Shown here: positions 28,258-38,979 of the stretch, piece after piece | Numbering within the stretch: the stretch's first letter is position 1 | How the letters are laid out: each line of letters opens with the position of its first letter | DNA from: Gammaproteobacteria bacterium | Lineage (GTDB): Bacteria; Pseudomonadota; Gammaproteobacteria; UBA4575 | Direction: 5' to 3' | Assembly: GCA_963422595.1 (NCBI GenBank) | Contig: OY730298.1 | Span: forward strand, 612,861-676,860 | Length of the DNA: 64,000 nucleotides | Program-made: the position numbers and the translations under genes | Notes under the pieces: model-generated | Databases searched by the model: none | What the model was told of the DNA's origin: nothing | Seen by the model: only the letters and a program-made list of their open reading frames with translations

Positions 28258-30117
28258 ATGCAACAGGCCCTGCCAACCGCAGACGGTGAGATAGCGACAC
28301 CCAGCCATCCGTTAGCCGGTACCAGAATGATGGGTTCCGATATCATCATGCAAGTACTCGCTCAAGAAGGCAGCGAATTCATATTTGGTTATAGTGGTGG
28401 TGCCATACTACCCACTTATGACGCGGTGTTTCGTTTCAATGCCGAGACCAATGATTCCATACCTTTAATTGTACCTGCCAACGAACAGGGTGCGGGTTTT
28501 ATGGCATCCGGTTACGCGCGCGCCAGCGGCAAAGTTGGGGTAGTAATGGTAACTTCGGGTCCAGGTGCCACCAACACCGTAACCCCGGTGCGTGACTGCA
28601 TGGCGGATTCCATTCCCATGGTTGTGATCAGTGGCCAGGTGCCAACCCCCGCGATTGGCAGCGATGGGTTTCAGGAAGCTCCCGTGGCCAACATCATGGG
28701 TGCCGTGGCCAAGCACATCTTTTTAGTTACCGATGCGGAAAAATTAGAAGCCACGGTGCGCACGGCATTTGAAATAGCGCGCACCGGGCGTTCTGGTCCG
28801 GTGGTCATAGACGTTCCCAAAGACGTGCAAAACTGGGAGGGAATTTTTCAAGGCCAGGGCCGGCTTCCCATACGCGGTTATCGCGAGCGCATTGAAGAAA
28901 TCACCAAAAGTGTTTTAACCGATGCAGATTGTCAATCTTTCTTTAATGCCTTTGGGCAATCAAAGCGTCCCCTGATTTATGCAGGAGGTGGCGTTATCAA
29001 CGGCAATGCGGCAGCGGCGGTACGCGCCCTTGCGGACCAGTTTCAAATACCCGTGGTAACCACGTTAATGGGCATTGGTGCCTACGACACCACGCAAGCG
29101 CGTTCACTACACATGCTGGGCATGCACGGCACCGCCTTTGCCAACTACGCGGTTGACGATTGTGATTTTTTAATTGCCATAGGCGCGCGTTTTGATGATC
29201 GTGTTGCGGCAGTACCGGATAAATTTGCGCCCAAAGCGAATTTTATCGCACATTTCGACATCGACCCTTCGGAAATACACAAGGTAAAAAGTGTCGACTG
29301 GCATCACATCGGCTTATTACCGCAAGCGTTACATAAACTATTGGACTATGGAATCAACGAGTATCAATTTTCTGGTGATTTTACCTCCTGGAACGCGCAC
29401 GTTACCGGCTTAAAAAGCACCTATGCAATGAATTATGATACCCAAAGTCATCTGCTTCAGCCCTACGCCGTCATTGAAGAAATAAACAAACACACGAATG
29501 GTAAAGCCATCATCAGCACCGGCGTAGGTCAGCATCAAATGTGGGCGGCGCAATACTTCGACTTTAAATCGCCGCGGCTATGGCTAACGTCGGGCAGCAT
29601 GGGCACCATGGGTTTTGGTTTGCCCGCGGCCATCGGCGCGCAATTCGCCAGGCCCGATTTAGTCGTCATTGACATTGACGGTGACGCCAGTATACGCATG
29701 AATATAGGTGAGCTTGAAACCGTGACCACCTATAAGCTACCCATAAAAATCGTCGTATTAAATAATCTTGGTGACGGCATGGTGAAACAATGGCAAAAGC
29801 TTTTCTTTAAGGGAAGACTATCGGCCAGCGACAAATCCCTGCATAAGAAAGACTTCGTAAAAGCCGCGCAAGCGGACGGCTACGAATATGCCGTGCGTTT
29901 AGAAAAAAAATCAGATCTTACACGGGTGATAAAACAATTTATCCACTTCCCAGGCCCCGCCTTTCTAGAAGTAATGATCGATCCTGACGCAGGCGTATAC
30001 CCCATGGTAGGTCCCGGAATGAGTTACGATCAAATGATCACCGGTGACCACATTCCAACACGCAGTGTGGTAGCACCAGAGACCCAAACCGACGTCGATT
30101 CATCGGAAATGTTTTAG
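28258..30117 (+). CDS. Thiamine-diphosphate enzyme, acetolactate synthase large (catalytic) subunit-like
   Basis: 619 aa. GYARASGKVGVVMVTSGPGATN…ISGQVPT…GSDGFQEAP…GPVVIDVPKDVQ follows the IlvB/IlvG pattern. No small-subunit gene adjacent. Confidence 0.8.
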   Translation: MQQALPTADGEIATPSHPLAGTRMMGSDIIMQVLAQEGSEFIFGYSGGAILPTYDAVFRFNAETNDSIPLIVPANEQGAGFMASGYARASGKVGVVMVTSGPGATNTVTPVRDCMADSIPMVVISGQVPTPAIGSDGFQEAPVANIMGAVAKHIFLVTDAEKLEATVRTAFEIARTGRSGPVVIDVPKDVQNWEGIFQGQGRLPIRGYRERIEEITKSVLTDADCQSFFNAFGQSKRPLIYAGGGVINGNAAAAVRALADQFQIPVVTTLMGIGAYDTTQARSLHMLGMHGTAFANYAVDDCDFLIAIGARFDDRVAAVPDKFAPKANFIAHFDIDPSEIHKVKSVDWHHIGLLPQALHKLLDYGINEYQFSGDFTSWNAHVTGLKSTYAMNYDTQSHLLQPYAVIEEINKHTNGKAIISTGVGQHQMWAAQYFDFKSPRLWLTSGSMGTMGFGLPAAIGAQFARPDLVVIDIDGDASIRMNIGELETVTTYKLPIKIVVLNNLGDGMVKQWQKLFFKGRLSASDKSLHKKDFVKAAQADGYEYAVRLEKKSDLTRVIKQFIHFPGPAFLEVMIDPDAGVYPMVGPGMSYDQMITGDHIPTRSVVAPETQTDVDSSEMF

Positions 30118-30217
30118 CCCGGCCGTCTTTAATCCCATCCCTGTCAACCGTTGAAGAATTCACAGTGGCCAAGCTATAGCAGAGCATATTGTTTGTGATG
30201 CTTTAGAATGATCGGCT

Positions 30218-30739
30218 ATGGACGACAATCCTCAACAACAAAGAAAACGCATAGGTAAAGGCATGCTCTATGCCGCGTGGATTTTAGTGCTTGGCATGAT
30301 GGTTTGGTTTTTTGGCGTGCTGGAAACGAACAAACGCAACCCCAATCAAAATGTACATACGCATATCCTTGAAAGCGGTGAGAAAAAAGTAGTATTGCAA
30401 AGTGGCAGATACGGTCATTACGTTACCACCGGGAGAATTAACAATCAAAAAGTTACGTTTTTAATAGATACGGGCGCCAGCCATGTTTCCATACCGTACC
30501 GCGCAGCTAAAAAATTAGGACTTAAACAGGGTGCTCCGTTATTAGTTTCGACTGCCAACGGCACGGTTACGGTATACGCTACAACGCTGAACACCGTGAG
30601 TATAGGAGAGATCACGTTACATGACATTAAAGCCAGTGTTAATCCGCATATGCAGGGCGAGAAAATTTTATTAGGGATGTCTTTTCTGCGATACCTGTCC
30701 GTCGCTCATCAAGGCAATCAGCTAACGCTTAGACAGTAA
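30218..30739 (+). CDS. Retropepsin-like (clan AA) aspartic protease with N-terminal TM anchor
   Basis: 173 aa. FLIDTGASHVSIP = D(T/S)G active-site motif of bacterial retropepsin-like proteases. Confidence 0.75.
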   Translation: MDDNPQQQRKRIGKGMLYAAWILVLGMMVWFFGVLETNKRNPNQNVHTHILESGEKKVVLQSGRYGHYVTTGRINNQKVTFLIDTGASHVSIPYRAAKKLGLKQGAPLLVSTANGTVTVYATTLNTVSIGEITLHDIKASVNPHMQGEKILLGMSFLRYLSVAHQGNQLTLRQ

Positions 30740-30856
30740 TATTTTTTTGGGAACTACACACTTAATTTGACGCGGGTATCACAAAATCCGTCGCACCCAT
30801 ATTACGGATATTACGCTTTGCCACAAACTCGTTCATATAACGACGCGGGTTTTTTC

Positions 30857-32119
30857 TTAAAGATCAAAGCTCTTGTTCAATATTTTAGGTGCCTGGACAT
30901 TCTTTAGCCGAATATAATTCGGCAAGCCGGCCTTATAAGGTGGATAAGCCTCGCCCCTGATTAACGGTGCCAAATAAGTCCTGCATCGTGAAGTAATGCC
31001 GAATCCATCTCTGCTGATATAACCGCGCGGCATCGCCTTTTCTACGTTAGCCACCTTCGCCAGCGGCGTACTGCCAATTTTCCACCTATAAGGTTTATCA
31101 GACGTGCGCACGATAGTCGGCATAATGGCGGTTTTGCCGCGCAGGGCGAACTGCACGGCGGCCTTGCCCACCGCATAGGCGTGATCCAGGTCCGTCTTTG
31201 ATGCGATATGTCTGGCGGCGCGCTGTAAATAATCGGCCACTGCCCAATGATACTTATACCCATACTCCTGCTTAACCATCTCGGCGATAACCGGTGCCAC
31301 GCCGCCCAACTGCCTATGTCCAAACGCATCGGTGTTGCCGGCTGCGGCGACAAATTTTCCATCTGCGAAGCGTGCGCCCTCGGAAACGCAAATAACGCAA
31401 TACCCATACTCCTCCACGCATGCCTTTACGCGCCTCAGGAACAACTTTTGATCAAAAGCAATTTCCGGAAACAGGATAATATGTGGTGCCTCATCCGCAC
31501 GTTCTTTTGCCAGCCCGCTGGCGGCCGCAATCCAACCGGCATGGCGTCCCATAACCTCCATAACAAACACCTTAGTGGAAGTTTCCGCCATAGACCTCAC
31601 GTCAAAGGCCGCCTCCTTAATTGACACCGCGACGTATTTCGCAACCGAACCGAAACCAGGGCAACTATCCGTAATCGGCAGATCATTATCTACAGTTTTA
31701 GGAATACCGATACACTGTATTGGATACCCCATGGTTTTACTCAACTGCGAAACCTTATTTGCAGTATCCTGCGAATCCCCGCCGCCGTTATAAAAAAAAT
31801 AACCGATATTATGTGCCTCAAACACCGCCAGCAGGCGCTCATATTGCGCGCGATTCTCCTCAATAGTCTTTAACTTATAACGGCACGAGCCAAACGCCCC
31901 GGACGGAGTATGCTTCAATGCCGCGATGGCTCTGGCCGATTCCTTTGCAGTATCAATCAAATCCTCGGTAAGTGCGCCGATAATGCCATTGCGGCCGGCA
32001 TAAACCCTGCCTATCTTATGTTTATATTTACGCGCGGTTTCGACAACCGCGCATGCAGTGGCGTTAATCACTGCGGTGACGCCGCCCGATTGCGCGTAAA
32101 ATGCGTTACGTTTCTCCAT
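30857..32119 (-). CDS. pfp: Pyrophosphate-dependent 6-phosphofructokinase (PPi-PFK)
   Basis: 420 aa. GGVTAVINA…GGDGS…PKTVDNDL PFK motifs, with the longer PPi-type architecture. Confidence 0.85.
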   Translation of the reverse strand: MEKRNAFYAQSGGVTAVINATACAVVETARKYKHKIGRVYAGRNGIIGALTEDLIDTAKESARAIAALKHTPSGAFGSCRYKLKTIEENRAQYERLLAVFEAHNIGYFFYNGGGDSQDTANKVSQLSKTMGYPIQCIGIPKTVDNDLPITDSCPGFGSVAKYVAVSIKEAAFDVRSMAETSTKVFVMEVMGRHAGWIAAASGLAKERADEAPHIILFPEIAFDQKLFLRRVKACVEEYGYCVICVSEGARFADGKFVAAAGNTDAFGHRQLGGVAPVIAEMVKQEYGYKYHWAVADYLQRAARHIASKTDLDHAYAVGKAAVQFALRGKTAIMPTIVRTSDKPYRWKIGSTPLAKVANVEKAMPRGYISRDGFGITSRCRTYLAPLIRGEAYPPYKAGLPNYIRLKNVQAPKILNKSFDL

Positions 32120-32259
32120 AAAACTCCCGGTTTAATCGTTATTCAAGACACCCCCGGCGTCGACTTTTATCTATCAACGTCATGTACAAATGGTATTCCA
32201 ATTTAACCAATCAGAGTAGTAGGCGTGATACTGATTCTAGTGTACACAATATAAAATAA

Positions 32260-32931
<672 letters not shown>

Positions 32932-32953
32932 TATGTAGCTCATCAGGTAGCAG

Positions 32954-33295
32954 ATGGAAATCCTGTTAGCCCTACTCGTACTACTGGCCGCAGTCTGGTA
33001 TTGGCAGGACAGTTTACGCAGCCGTGAGATAACGCTTAAACATTGTCGTCAACTGTGCACCGAACACCAGGTTCAGCTACTGGACCAATCGGTACACGTA
33101 GACCGCGCAAGGCTTGGGAAAACCTCCGCCAACAAACTATGCATACGCAGATTTTATGCGTTTGAATTCAGCATCGAAGGCGTGCATCGTCACCATGGTG
33201 TGGCCGTAGTCGCTGCTGGTCAGGTTGAACACCTTGCCTTACTGCATCCCGAAGGACAAATAATCAAAAACAATCTGCCCGCCAACGTCAACTAA
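32954..33295 (+). CDS. Hypothetical protein (DUF3301-like, N-terminal TM helix)
   Basis: 113-aa ORF immediately downstream of adk. Confidence 0.45.
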   Translation: MEILLALLVLLAAVWYWQDSLRSREITLKHCRQLCTEHQVQLLDQSVHVDRARLGKTSANKLCIRRFYAFEFSIEGVHRHHGVAVVAAGQVEHLALLHPEGQIIKNNLPANVN

Positions 33296-33374
33296 ACCAT
33301 AGGCGCAAAGCCCGCGCGCAAGGCTTTATGCGGACCTCGTCAGCGCCCATATACCTAAAACGTGCCAGCAACAC

Positions 33375-33989
33375 TCAAGGGGCATTTGTGGCGCGAAACT
33401 CCGACAACTCCCACCCATCCTTAGCGGCAACCATCAACAGGCAAGACGCCCCGCCGCCAGTGCGCACCTTACCGGCCGCGCCGGGGTTCAACACCCAGGG
33501 GACAGCGTGTTGATCGCATACCAGCCGGTGAGTATGTCCATACACAACGGCCCTGGCGTACGGAAAGCATTGCCGCAGCCTTACATGCCGGTTCGCGGCC
33601 GCATCAAATTGATCCCCGTGCGTGAGTATGACGCTGCCGCCGGGGAGTTTAATCTCCTCAACCTCATGCAGCGTGGCCAATTCCACGTGTTCTGATGACG
33701 GCCATTTAACCGGAACGTCATTATTGCCGCGTACCAGCACCACCTCGTCGCCAATAGCCCGTAACTGGCTGATTACCTGTGCCGAACCGATATCGCCGGC
33801 ATGTAAAATCAACCGACACTTACGTAACCGCTGGCACACGTGCGGGTCAATATAACCATGCGTATCCGAAACCACGCCGACGTGCACGGAATCGTACTGA
33901 GAAAAATCTTTAGCCAAAGCAGTAGCGTGCGCGTTCACCCCAGCCACTGTAATACATACGGACATCCATCCGCAAATACAAGCTACCAA
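33375..33989 (-). CDS. Metallophosphoesterase (YfcE/MJ0936-like)
   Basis: GVVSDTHG … GDIG … GHTH calcineurin-like phosphoesterase motifs. Confidence 0.75.
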   Translation of the reverse strand: MVACICGWMSVCITVAGVNAHATALAKDFSQYDSVHVGVVSDTHGYIDPHVCQRLRKCRLILHAGDIGSAQVISQLRAIGDEVVLVRGNNDVPVKWPSSEHVELATLHEVEEIKLPGGSVILTHGDQFDAAANRHVRLRQCFPYARAVVYGHTHRLVCDQHAVPWVLNPGAAGKVRTGGGASCLLMVAAKDGWELSEFRATNAP

Positions 33990-34114
33990 TTCATGTAAAA
34001 ATATAACTTATTGACGCTTATCAGAGCCCTGAATTTTATAGTAAGCTCGCCATCAATATTACAGCAGCGACCATATACACCCATTCACTGGCACCAACGC
34101 ACGCACATCAAGGC

Positions 34115-35170
34115 ATGACACATCAGGTACAGTTAGCCTCCGGCAAGCATCTATTTAGTGCCACCGCGCACGAATCCATTCTGGACGCCGCCATCCGTGC
34201 TGGCGTACCGCTTAACTATGGTTGCAGCAATGGCAACTGCGGCCTGTGCAAGGCCAGAATCATTAGTGGAAAAACCCGGTTATTACGCGCCCACGATTTT
34301 GTCATCCGTGCTGCCGAGAAAATTCAGGGATACGCGCTAATGTGCTCTACCGCGTGTTGCACCGACGTAGTGATTGACGCGGCGGTGGCCGTCAACGTAA
34401 CCGACATTCCGGTGCAAAACCTGCCTGCAAAAGTCCGCCGCATAGAGCGCCTCAGTGACGCACTGATGATCGTTACCACGCAAGTTTCGCGTGCTGCGCG
34501 ACTCCGGTTTATCGCCGGGCAATACATGCGCGTTTACGACGACGACAATCGCTCACATGATTATGCCATCGCCAGTTGTCCCTGTGACGACAGGCGCATT
34601 GAATTTCACGTGCGCAAACTCCAACAGGACACATTTTCCAATTTCATGTTTACCAATCTCAACGTTGGAGACTGGTTAAACATACAAGGCCCGTATGGTG
34701 ACTTCGTAATCAACGAAGCCGACACAAGCCCGTTAATCATGGTCGCCTTTGATACCGGTTTTGCGGCGATTAAAAGCCTGCTGGAACATGTAACCGCGCA
34801 GGACAATGAACGCATGATCTACCTTTACTGGCTGGCTTGCGGCGCGGAAGGTCTATATCTGGACAACCTGTGTCGCTCCTGGGACGATGCCCTGGATCAA
34901 ATGCACTACACGCCCATTCCCCTATCCAAAGACATCAATGCTATTATAGACAGCCAATACCAGGGCATGATGACCATCGAAGCAAAATTTTCTGCGGCAC
35001 TGCGCCATATTAATCATCTTAAAAATGCTGCCATATACATCGTAGCGCCTGAACCCATTGCCAACCTCGTAAAACAACTACTCATGCACACAGGCTTACG
35101 CCCCAGTCAATTTCAGCACGAAGTCATTCGTGGCAACCCCAACCTGGAATGTATTCACCCCAGTGCCTGA
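34115..35170 (+). CDS. [2Fe-2S] ferredoxin-FAD/NAD(P) oxidoreductase (oxygenase-reductase / CDP-6-deoxy-3,4-glucoseen reductase-like)
   Basis: 351 aa. N-terminal plant-type ferredoxin Cys ligands (CSNGNCGLC…C), then FAD (RxYS-like) and NAD-binding modules. Confidence 0.8.
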   Translation: MTHQVQLASGKHLFSATAHESILDAAIRAGVPLNYGCSNGNCGLCKARIISGKTRLLRAHDFVIRAAEKIQGYALMCSTACCTDVVIDAAVAVNVTDIPVQNLPAKVRRIERLSDALMIVTTQVSRAARLRFIAGQYMRVYDDDNRSHDYAIASCPCDDRRIEFHVRKLQQDTFSNFMFTNLNVGDWLNIQGPYGDFVINEADTSPLIMVAFDTGFAAIKSLLEHVTAQDNERMIYLYWLACGAEGLYLDNLCRSWDDALDQMHYTPIPLSKDINAIIDSQYQGMMTIEAKFSAALRHINHLKNAAIYIVAPEPIANLVKQLLMHTGLRPSQFQHEVIRGNPNLECIHPSA

Positions 35171-35173
35171 AGC

Positions 35174-35587
35174 ATGGCAGATTGTAAATGCAGCTTTACA
35201 GCGACCTTAATCAGGCAAGACTACGCCTGCCAGAAGGCACGCCTGGTTACCAGGCGCGCCGGCCCCGATATTTCCTGTATCTCTGCCAGCGCCAGCCATC
35301 AATGCAAGCATTTATTAACCGCATTCAAACAGGTTGGGTTACCGGCATTTAATGCCACCGATGATTTACTGGCGACCCCGCACAGTGTTTTTGCTAAAAT
35401 TCAATATGGTGGCCTGCTTGGGATGGCGCGCGATATTGCCGATAACAATAGAGTGCAGCGAGTTACAAACATTTTTCAATTAGTGCAACAAGCGTTACAA
35501 TGTTACTCCTCTGTTGACAATATTCCACATGCGCGGTACGTATCGGCCATGACAGAATATAAACGTAAGCGTAGAAAAAAGGAGTAG
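35174..35587 (+). CDS. Hypothetical protein
   Basis: 137-aa ORF, no motif recognised. Could be non-coding. Confidence 0.3.
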   Translation: MADCKCSFTATLIRQDYACQKARLVTRRAGPDISCISASASHQCKHLLTAFKQVGLPAFNATDDLLATPHSVFAKIQYGGLLGMARDIADNNRVQRVTNIFQLVQQALQCYSSVDNIPHARYVSAMTEYKRKRRKKE

Positions 35588-35593
35588 TAAATC

Positions 35594-36457
35594 ATGCTAC
35601 CAATAACGGGCTACCGAACGATTATTTCAGCGCACGACCTGCATGAAAATATTCGTGATAACAGCTGGTTCGTGTTTGACTGTAGATTCATGCTGAAAGA
35701 CGCGCAGGGCGGGCTGCGAAAATTTAACCAGGGACACATTCCCGGCGCGCAATTCGCCAATCTGGACACAGACCTGTCCTCGCCGATGACCACATCCTCC
35801 GGTCGGCATCCTTTACCCGACCCGCAGGTCTTCACCGAAAAATTACGTTCCTGGGGAGTACGTAACGACTGCCAGGCAATTTGTTACGATGATTCATCCG
35901 GCGCCTTTGCGGCGCGCATGTGGTGGTTGTTGAACTGGGTTGGTCATCGGCGCGTAGCGGTACTGGACGGCGGCATCGACAAATGGAGCGAACTCGGGTT
36001 CGCGTTGGAGACCAAAACCACCGCCAGGCCAACCAGCGTATTCATTGCCGAAGTGGACGACTTCATATGGGTAGACACCAACTTTATACAGCGGCGGATG
36101 CAAGTGGGCGACATCACACTACTGGACGCGCGCTCCCATGAGAGATTTACCGCCATAGACCAGAAAACCGATCCGCGTCCAGGCCACGTGCCCGGCGCCA
36201 TCAACTACCCGTTTGCGGGAAATCTTGATAAACAGGGCATATTCTTACCCGCCGACGAACTGCAAAAAAGGTTTACGCCGGTATTTTCCAATCATCGGCG
36301 AGACCAGATTATTAGCATGTGTGGTTCCGGTGTAACCGCGTGTCACAATCTACTCGCCATGAGCATCGCCGGCTTTCCCAGCACCCGCCTGTATGTCGGC
36401 TCATGGAGCGAATGGAGTAAAGACGCCAATCGACCCGTGGCCACGGGAGAAGCCTGA
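35594..36457 (+). CDS. Two-domain rhodanese sulfurtransferase (thiosulfate/3-mercaptopyruvate sulfurtransferase, SseA-like)
   Basis: 287 aa. Tandem rhodanese domains. Active-site loop CGSGVTAC in the C-terminal domain. Confidence 0.85.
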   Translation: MLPITGYRTIISAHDLHENIRDNSWFVFDCRFMLKDAQGGLRKFNQGHIPGAQFANLDTDLSSPMTTSSGRHPLPDPQVFTEKLRSWGVRNDCQAICYDDSSGAFAARMWWLLNWVGHRRVAVLDGGIDKWSELGFALETKTTARPTSVFIAEVDDFIWVDTNFIQRRMQVGDITLLDARSHERFTAIDQKTDPRPGHVPGAINYPFAGNLDKQGIFLPADELQKRFTPVFSNHRRDQIISMCGSGVTACHNLLAMSIAGFPSTRLYVGSWSEWSKDANRPVATGEA

Positions 36458-36596
36458 TTGGCTGATTTACACCATCAGCAACTCGGGTTTCGGCCCCGGG
36501 CCCCATCCGCTTTGCCAGACCGATCACCGTTCGCACTGATTTTCAGCGTGCACCGCGGCTGCATCCAGCTTAATCCCTAAGGCAGATTCTGCTAAG

Positions 36597-37190
36597 GTGG
36601 CAAAAAAGCCACGAGGAAATCCTTTGAAATTTTGCAGCAGCTGTGGATCTGCGGAAATAACGCTGACTATTCCCAAAGGTGACAATCGACACAGATTCAT
36701 GTGCACCTCCTGTCAGGAAGTTTTTTACCACAACCCCAAAATCGTAGCCGGCTGTATTGCGGAATGGCAAGGCAAGATCCTGTTATGCAAACGCGCGATT
36801 GAGCCGCGTTATGGAAAGTGGACGTTACCGGCAGGATTTATGGAAAACGCAGAGACCATGCATGCCGCCGCGGCGCGCGAAACGCATGAAGAAGCCTGTG
36901 CGGAAGTAGCAAATCTAAGCCTCTATGCCCTGTACAACCTGCCACACATCAATCAAGTCTACATAATATTTCGTGGTCAACTGGTCGGTGGCAAAGCCAG
37001 CCCTGGCGATGAAAGTTTAGAAGTCGCGTTAATGGACGAAGCCGACGTTCCCTGGACAGAAATCGCGTTTCCGGTAATCAAAGAAAATCTAAAACAATAC
37101 TTCACCGACCAGTGCAACGACACCTTCGTCCTACACTATGGCGACATGCAGCGACTATCCGACAACAACTATCAAATCAAACGCTACTAA
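36597..37190 (+). CDS. NUDIX hydrolase with N-terminal Cys4 zinc ribbon
   Basis: 197 aa. CSSCGS…CTSC zinc ribbon. Nudix box GFMENAETMHAAAARETHEEACAE. Confidence 0.8.
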   Translation: MAKKPRGNPLKFCSSCGSAEITLTIPKGDNRHRFMCTSCQEVFYHNPKIVAGCIAEWQGKILLCKRAIEPRYGKWTLPAGFMENAETMHAAAARETHEEACAEVANLSLYALYNLPHINQVYIIFRGQLVGGKASPGDESLEVALMDEADVPWTEIAFPVIKENLKQYFTDQCNDTFVLHYGDMQRLSDNNYQIKRY

Positions 37191-37622
37191 GTGAACAACC
37201 TGTCCCATCAAGCCAACGTCAATCCCACAAACCCGCTACTCGCCATCGTTGAACTGGGCGGTTATCCCGACTTCAGCCGGCTATACAAACGCCATGGTTA
37301 TCAACCCATCATCGTATTCAGTATGCGCAAGGCGTTAGCGGCGCTGAAAACAATCACCCCCAGAGTAATAGTGGCGGAATTTAACTATCAATCTGACTTC
37401 AGAGATCGTACCAGCAGCCTCGAATCGCTTATCGCGGTCGCGCAGCAACACCCGCAGATACGACTAATCGTATTTTTTGAAAAACAACACGAGCACCAAT
37501 TACAACAACTGCGTGCCCGATACAAATTCTTTGCAACACTTGCCTATCCCGTGAATGAAGCAATGATGCAACAAACGCTGGCCCGCCTGGCCACGTGTCA
37601 AAATACCTCAAAGCCCGCTTAG
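37191..37622 (+). CDS. Hypothetical protein
   Basis: 143-aa ORF whose start (TAAGTGAAC... ATG context) overlaps the NUDIX stop. No family recognised. Confidence 0.4.
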   Translation: MNNLSHQANVNPTNPLLAIVELGGYPDFSRLYKRHGYQPIIVFSMRKALAALKTITPRVIVAEFNYQSDFRDRTSSLESLIAVAQQHPQIRLIVFFEKQHEHQLQQLRARYKFFATLAYPVNEAMMQQTLARLATCQNTSKPA

Positions 37623-37999
37623 CCGGCCTTGGAACCACCCAGACAGGGTGGAGACTTCCTGATTGCACCATCCCTTGCCTGCCACTCCGCTGGTGTCAGT
37701 GTGTGCAACGACAAAGCGTGTACTGGCCCTGCCAACTCCTCTTTCAACAATGCGTTAAGCAAGCGGTGGCGTGCCACCAATGCCCTATCATCAAACTCCG
37801 CGCTTACCACGGTAATCTTAAAATGCGATTCAGCACCGCGCGGCACATTATGCAAGCCACTCTCATTAACAACCTCCAGAAAAGCCGGGCGCAGCGCCTC
37901 CCGAATTTTACGCTCGATAATTGTTTGCAGGCTCATAGGGCGGGATAGAAATTTATACGTTACCTGAATACTACTAACTGCTACAGTTTCTGTCACCAT
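37619..37999 (-). CDS. bolA: BolA-family protein
   Basis: 126 aa. …SGLHNVPRGAESHFKITVVSAEFDD…HRLLNALL… matches the BolA fold signature. Confidence 0.8.
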   Translation of the reverse strand: MVTETVAVSSIQVTYKFLSRPMSLQTIIERKIREALRPAFLEVVNESGLHNVPRGAESHFKITVVSAEFDDRALVARHRLLNALLKEELAGPVHALSLHTLTPAEWQARDGAIRKSPPCLGGSKAG

Positions 38000-38139
38000 A
38001 ACCTACTACATGGCACGTTGACATATCTCATTGAGGAAATGCCGAACTCAACCACTTAAGCTCGGCAAATGTTAGAAATATCTTTGTACCGGGAATCCAT
38101 ACTTGAATAAGGTTAAGTATATGCCGCCTTGATTTTTTA

Positions 38140-38979
38140 CTAAATAGAAAAAAACTGCCTGGCCGTGCGCGTGGTTTCCATGGCGGTTTGTGCTATGGAA
38201 GTTTGTCTGCAGTTCGCCACCGTGGTCAATATATGCGGTAAATAAGCGGGTTCATTACGGCGATCGCGAGGTTTTGGAAATGCCGAATCCACTGGCAAAT
38301 CCCGGGGCAACAAATACGGTGCATCAGTTTCAATCATCAGGCGATTTGTTGGAATGCGCGCAATGATCTGCTGTAAATGCTGGCCGCGGCGTTCATCACA
38401 TATCCACCCCGTAATACCGATATGGCAATCCAGATCAATATAGCGATCCAGATGCGCGGCGTTGCCGGTAAAGCAATGCACCACTACACCTGCAAGCTGC
38501 TCGCGGAATTGAGAGACCAGCTTCACGAAGTCGTCATATGCGTCACGTTCATGCAGAAAAACTGGCAACGCCAGTTCAGCCGCCAGTTCCAGTTGCGCCG
38601 CAAACGCCCTTTTTTGTTGTGCCGCGTCCGAATAATTCCGATTGAAATCCAGGCCGGCCTCGCCTATTGCTACCACCTTCTCATGCGCCGCCAGTGCGCG
38701 CAATCGCGGCACCGTCGCATCGTCCCATTGTTTAGCCAGGTGCGGATGCACCCCTGCGGTTGCGTACATACCGGCATACCGCGTGGTCAACTGTAACGCA
38801 TATTCACTATCCTCCACGTTACAGCCGGTCACAACAAAATACCTCACGCCCACCTTATTCGCGCGCTGCACAACCTCGGCCGCATCTTTACGAAAAGCCC
38901 GGTTAGTAAAGTTAAAACAAACGTCTGCCAACTCCATACGTTGCGCGCCCCCTAAGCTGGATTCACGCATGCGGAGCAA
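38140..38979 (-). CDS. tatD: TatD-family metal-dependent hydrolase (DNase)
   Basis: 279 aa. HxH-type start (GVHPH), IGEAGLD, …HCF… motifs. Confidence 0.85.
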   Translation of the reverse strand: MLRMRESSLGGAQRMELADVCFNFTNRAFRKDAAEVVQRANKVGVRYFVVTGCNVEDSEYALQLTTRYAGMYATAGVHPHLAKQWDDATVPRLRALAAHEKVVAIGEAGLDFNRNYSDAAQQKRAFAAQLELAAELALPVFLHERDAYDDFVKLVSQFREQLAGVVVHCFTGNAAHLDRYIDLDCHIGITGWICDERRGQHLQQIIARIPTNRLMIETDAPYLLPRDLPVDSAFPKPRDRRNEPAYLPHILTTVANCRQTSIAQTAMETTRTARQFFSI

